Source of the DNA: Spirochaetia bacterium
GTDB lineage: Bacteria > Spirochaetota > Spirochaetia > SZUA-6 > Bin103
Length of the DNA: 64,000 nucleotides
Assembly: GCA_965203055.1 (NCBI GenBank)
Contig: OZ241863.1
Coordinates: 1,728,001-1,792,000, forward strand
Direction: 5' to 3'
Positions 59,001 through 64,000 of the stretch are shown here, in pieces (position 1 is the stretch's first letter; every line of letters starts with the position of its first letter). The notes below the pieces were generated by a model. That model was not told the DNA's origin, did no database searches, and saw only the letters and a program-made list of their open reading frames with translations. Both the position numbers and the translations under genes were made by a program.

Positions 59001-59534
59001 GGGAGCGCGCGCCGGTCACGGCGTTGGCGCGGTACTCGGCATGGGCGGCCTGCCGCACCGCGACCGTCTGCTCCGGAGGCGGCGCCGGCGGCGCGGCTTC
59101 CGGCAGGGCGTAGAAGCGCCGCAACCGGGTCTGCAGGTCCTGCCGGCTGCCGGCGTCGTCGAGGCCCAGGCGGCGCGCTTCGGCGCGCAGCTCGGCGTCA
59201 TCGGCGCCGGCGATGTCGTCGGCCAGGGTGGCGCGCAGCAGCTCCTGCGCCGCCGGCGACGCCGCCCGCGCCGCGCCCGACGGGGCCGGGGGCGGCCGGG
59301 GGCCGCCGGAGATGCCGCCCGGCTCCGGGGCCAGGTCGGCGGTGACCGCTTCCTGCCCGCCCTGCTCCTCCGGCGGACCGGTCTGGGCCACCGCCGCGGC
59401 GACCGCCGCGGCCGCGAAGAGCGCCCGCAACGGCGCCGCGCGCGGGCGCGGCGCGGCCCACCGCCGCCGGCCGGCGGCGCGCGCCCCCGGCCGGCCGCCA
59501 GCGCCCGCCGCGCTCCGGGCCGGGGCGCGCTTGC

Positions 59535-59538
<4 letters not shown>
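56053..59538 (-). CDS. lptD: LptD/OstA-like outer-membrane protein (spirochaete type); start uncertain (CTG 59538 or TTG 59430)
   Basis: Signal peptide, OstA-like beta-jellyroll, [25 protein letters not shown] motif, long beta-barrel ending HHLQDW...SIVVQW. Confidence 0.72.
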
Positions 59539-62548
<3,010 letters not shown>

Positions 62549-62552
<4 letters not shown>

Positions 62553-64000
62553 GCCAGTCTCACCACGGTCTTGCCGGCGCCGCCCGCCTGCGGAGCGGCA
62601 AGGGCGAAGCCGACCACGTCACGGCGCCGCTCAAGATACTGGTGGATGCCGTGGCGGAGAACACCTTCGCCGGTGCCGTGCAGGATGGTGAACTGGTGCA
62701 GCCCGCCGAGCAGCGCGCCGTCGAGTTGGCGCTCCACCTGCGCCAGCGCCTCGCGCAGGCGCAGCCCGCGCACGTTGAGCTCCAGCCGCGGGCGCGGCGC
62801 CGCGGCCGTCACCTCCACCGGCGGGGGCCGCGGCGGGGCCGGTGCGCGCCCGGCCGCTTCCGGCTGGCCCAGGAGCTGCAGCTCGGACGCGCGGAAGGTA
62901 CCGCGTACGCTGCCGGTCGCCACCACCCAGGCGCCGCGGCGGGCGGCCCGCAGCACGACGCCCTCGCCGCCGCCGGCGGCGAGGCGCACGCGCGCCCCCG
63001 GCGCCAGCGCGCCGCCGGGCGCCGGCGCGGGGGCGGGCGCGGGTGAGGCGGCGGCGGGCGCCGCGGGCACGCTACCGGCGGCGGCCGGGGCGGAGCCGGG
63101 GGCGGCCGCAGCCCGCGCCGCAGCCCGCGCCGCAGCCTGCTCCACCACCGCGCGGGCCGCGGCGGCCGCGCTGCGCCAGCCGTCTCCGTCCCCGTTCGCG
63201 CCGCGGCCGCGCTCGCGCAGCTCGCGGATGGCCGCCTCCAGTTGCTGCCGGCCGCGGCGCAGGAAGACGCGTAGCTCGCGCCCCTCCGCGGCTTGCAGGT
63301 CGCGTTCCCGCGCCGCCAGCTCGGCTTCCCGCGCCGCCGTGTCCCGCAGCCGGCGCTCCAGCTCCGCCTGCGCCTGCGCCTGCTCCTCGGCCGCGCCGCG
63401 CAGCTCGTGCTGGCGCGCCGTCAGCGAGCGAATGATCTCGCCGGCGTCGCTGCGCCCCTCGGCCAGGTAGCCGCGCGCGGCGGCGATGACCGGCGCCGGC
63501 ATCCCCTGCCGGCGGGCGATCTCCAGCGCGTGGCTTTCGCCGGGAATGCCCGGCAGCAACCGGTAGGTGGGGCGCAGCGACTGCAGATCGAACTCCATGG
63601 CGGCGTTCTCCACCGCCGGGTTGGCGTAGCCGTAGTTCTTGAGCGCGCCGTGATGGGTGGAAGCGGCCGCCAGCGCGCCGCGCTCGATGAGGCTGTCCAG
63701 CACCGCCATCGCCAGCGTCACCCCTTCCTCGGGGTCGGTGCCGGCGCCCAGCTCGTCGAGCAGCACCAGGGAACGCTCGCCGGCCGCGGTCAGGATGTGG
63801 GCCAACTGCCGCACGTGGCCGGAGAAAGTGGACAGCGATTGCGCGATCGACTGCTCGTCGCCGATGTCGCACAGCACCTGATCGAACAGCGGCAGCGCGC
63901 TGCCGGCAGCCGCCGGCACCTCCATTCCGAACTGATTCATCAACGCCAGCAGGCCCGCGGTCTTCAACGCCAGCGTCTTGCCGCCGGTGTTGGGCCCGGT
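62549..64000 (-). CDS. mutS2: MutS2 family endonuclease, 5' end outside window
   Basis: [33 protein letters not shown], and Smr domain LNVRG...HGTGEGVL. Confidence 0.95.

Overview
Very GC-rich bacterial chromosome segment. The gene content (TP0733-like outer-membrane barrel, two bactofilins, spirochaete-type LptD, SurA-nusB and pgk-tpiA-secG neighbourhoods) points to a Spirochaetota member; this assignment is inference. The left third (1-20.7 kb) is accessory: a carbohydrate ABC importer, a lower-GC three-gene Menshen-like anti-phage operon (DUF262 / ABC-type ATPase / putative nuclease), an ABC exporter-PhyH-MFS cluster, an SDR, a tandem-duplicated secreted beta-propeller gene whose second copy is frameshifted in the signal peptide, a serine hydrolase and an arylsulfatase. 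The remainder is mostly core genes: guaA, purB, map, nusB, SurA-like PPIase, DnaJ-domain protein, a complete F-type ATP synthase operon joined to secG, tpiA, pgk, CBS protein, ybeY, phoH, lptD, uvrA and a partial mutS2. A roughly 5.4 kb composite insertion (about 36.25-41.68 kb) interrupts the core region. It holds a C-terminally truncated DUF222-like/HNH gene with its own promoter and internal near-palindromic repeats, an orphan DrmMI/Eco57I-like adenine methyltransferase with an AT-rich specificity patch and an apparently replaced N-terminus, and a foreign gene remnant. No rRNA, tRNA or CRISPR array was seen. All family assignments come from motif recognition by eye, not database searches.
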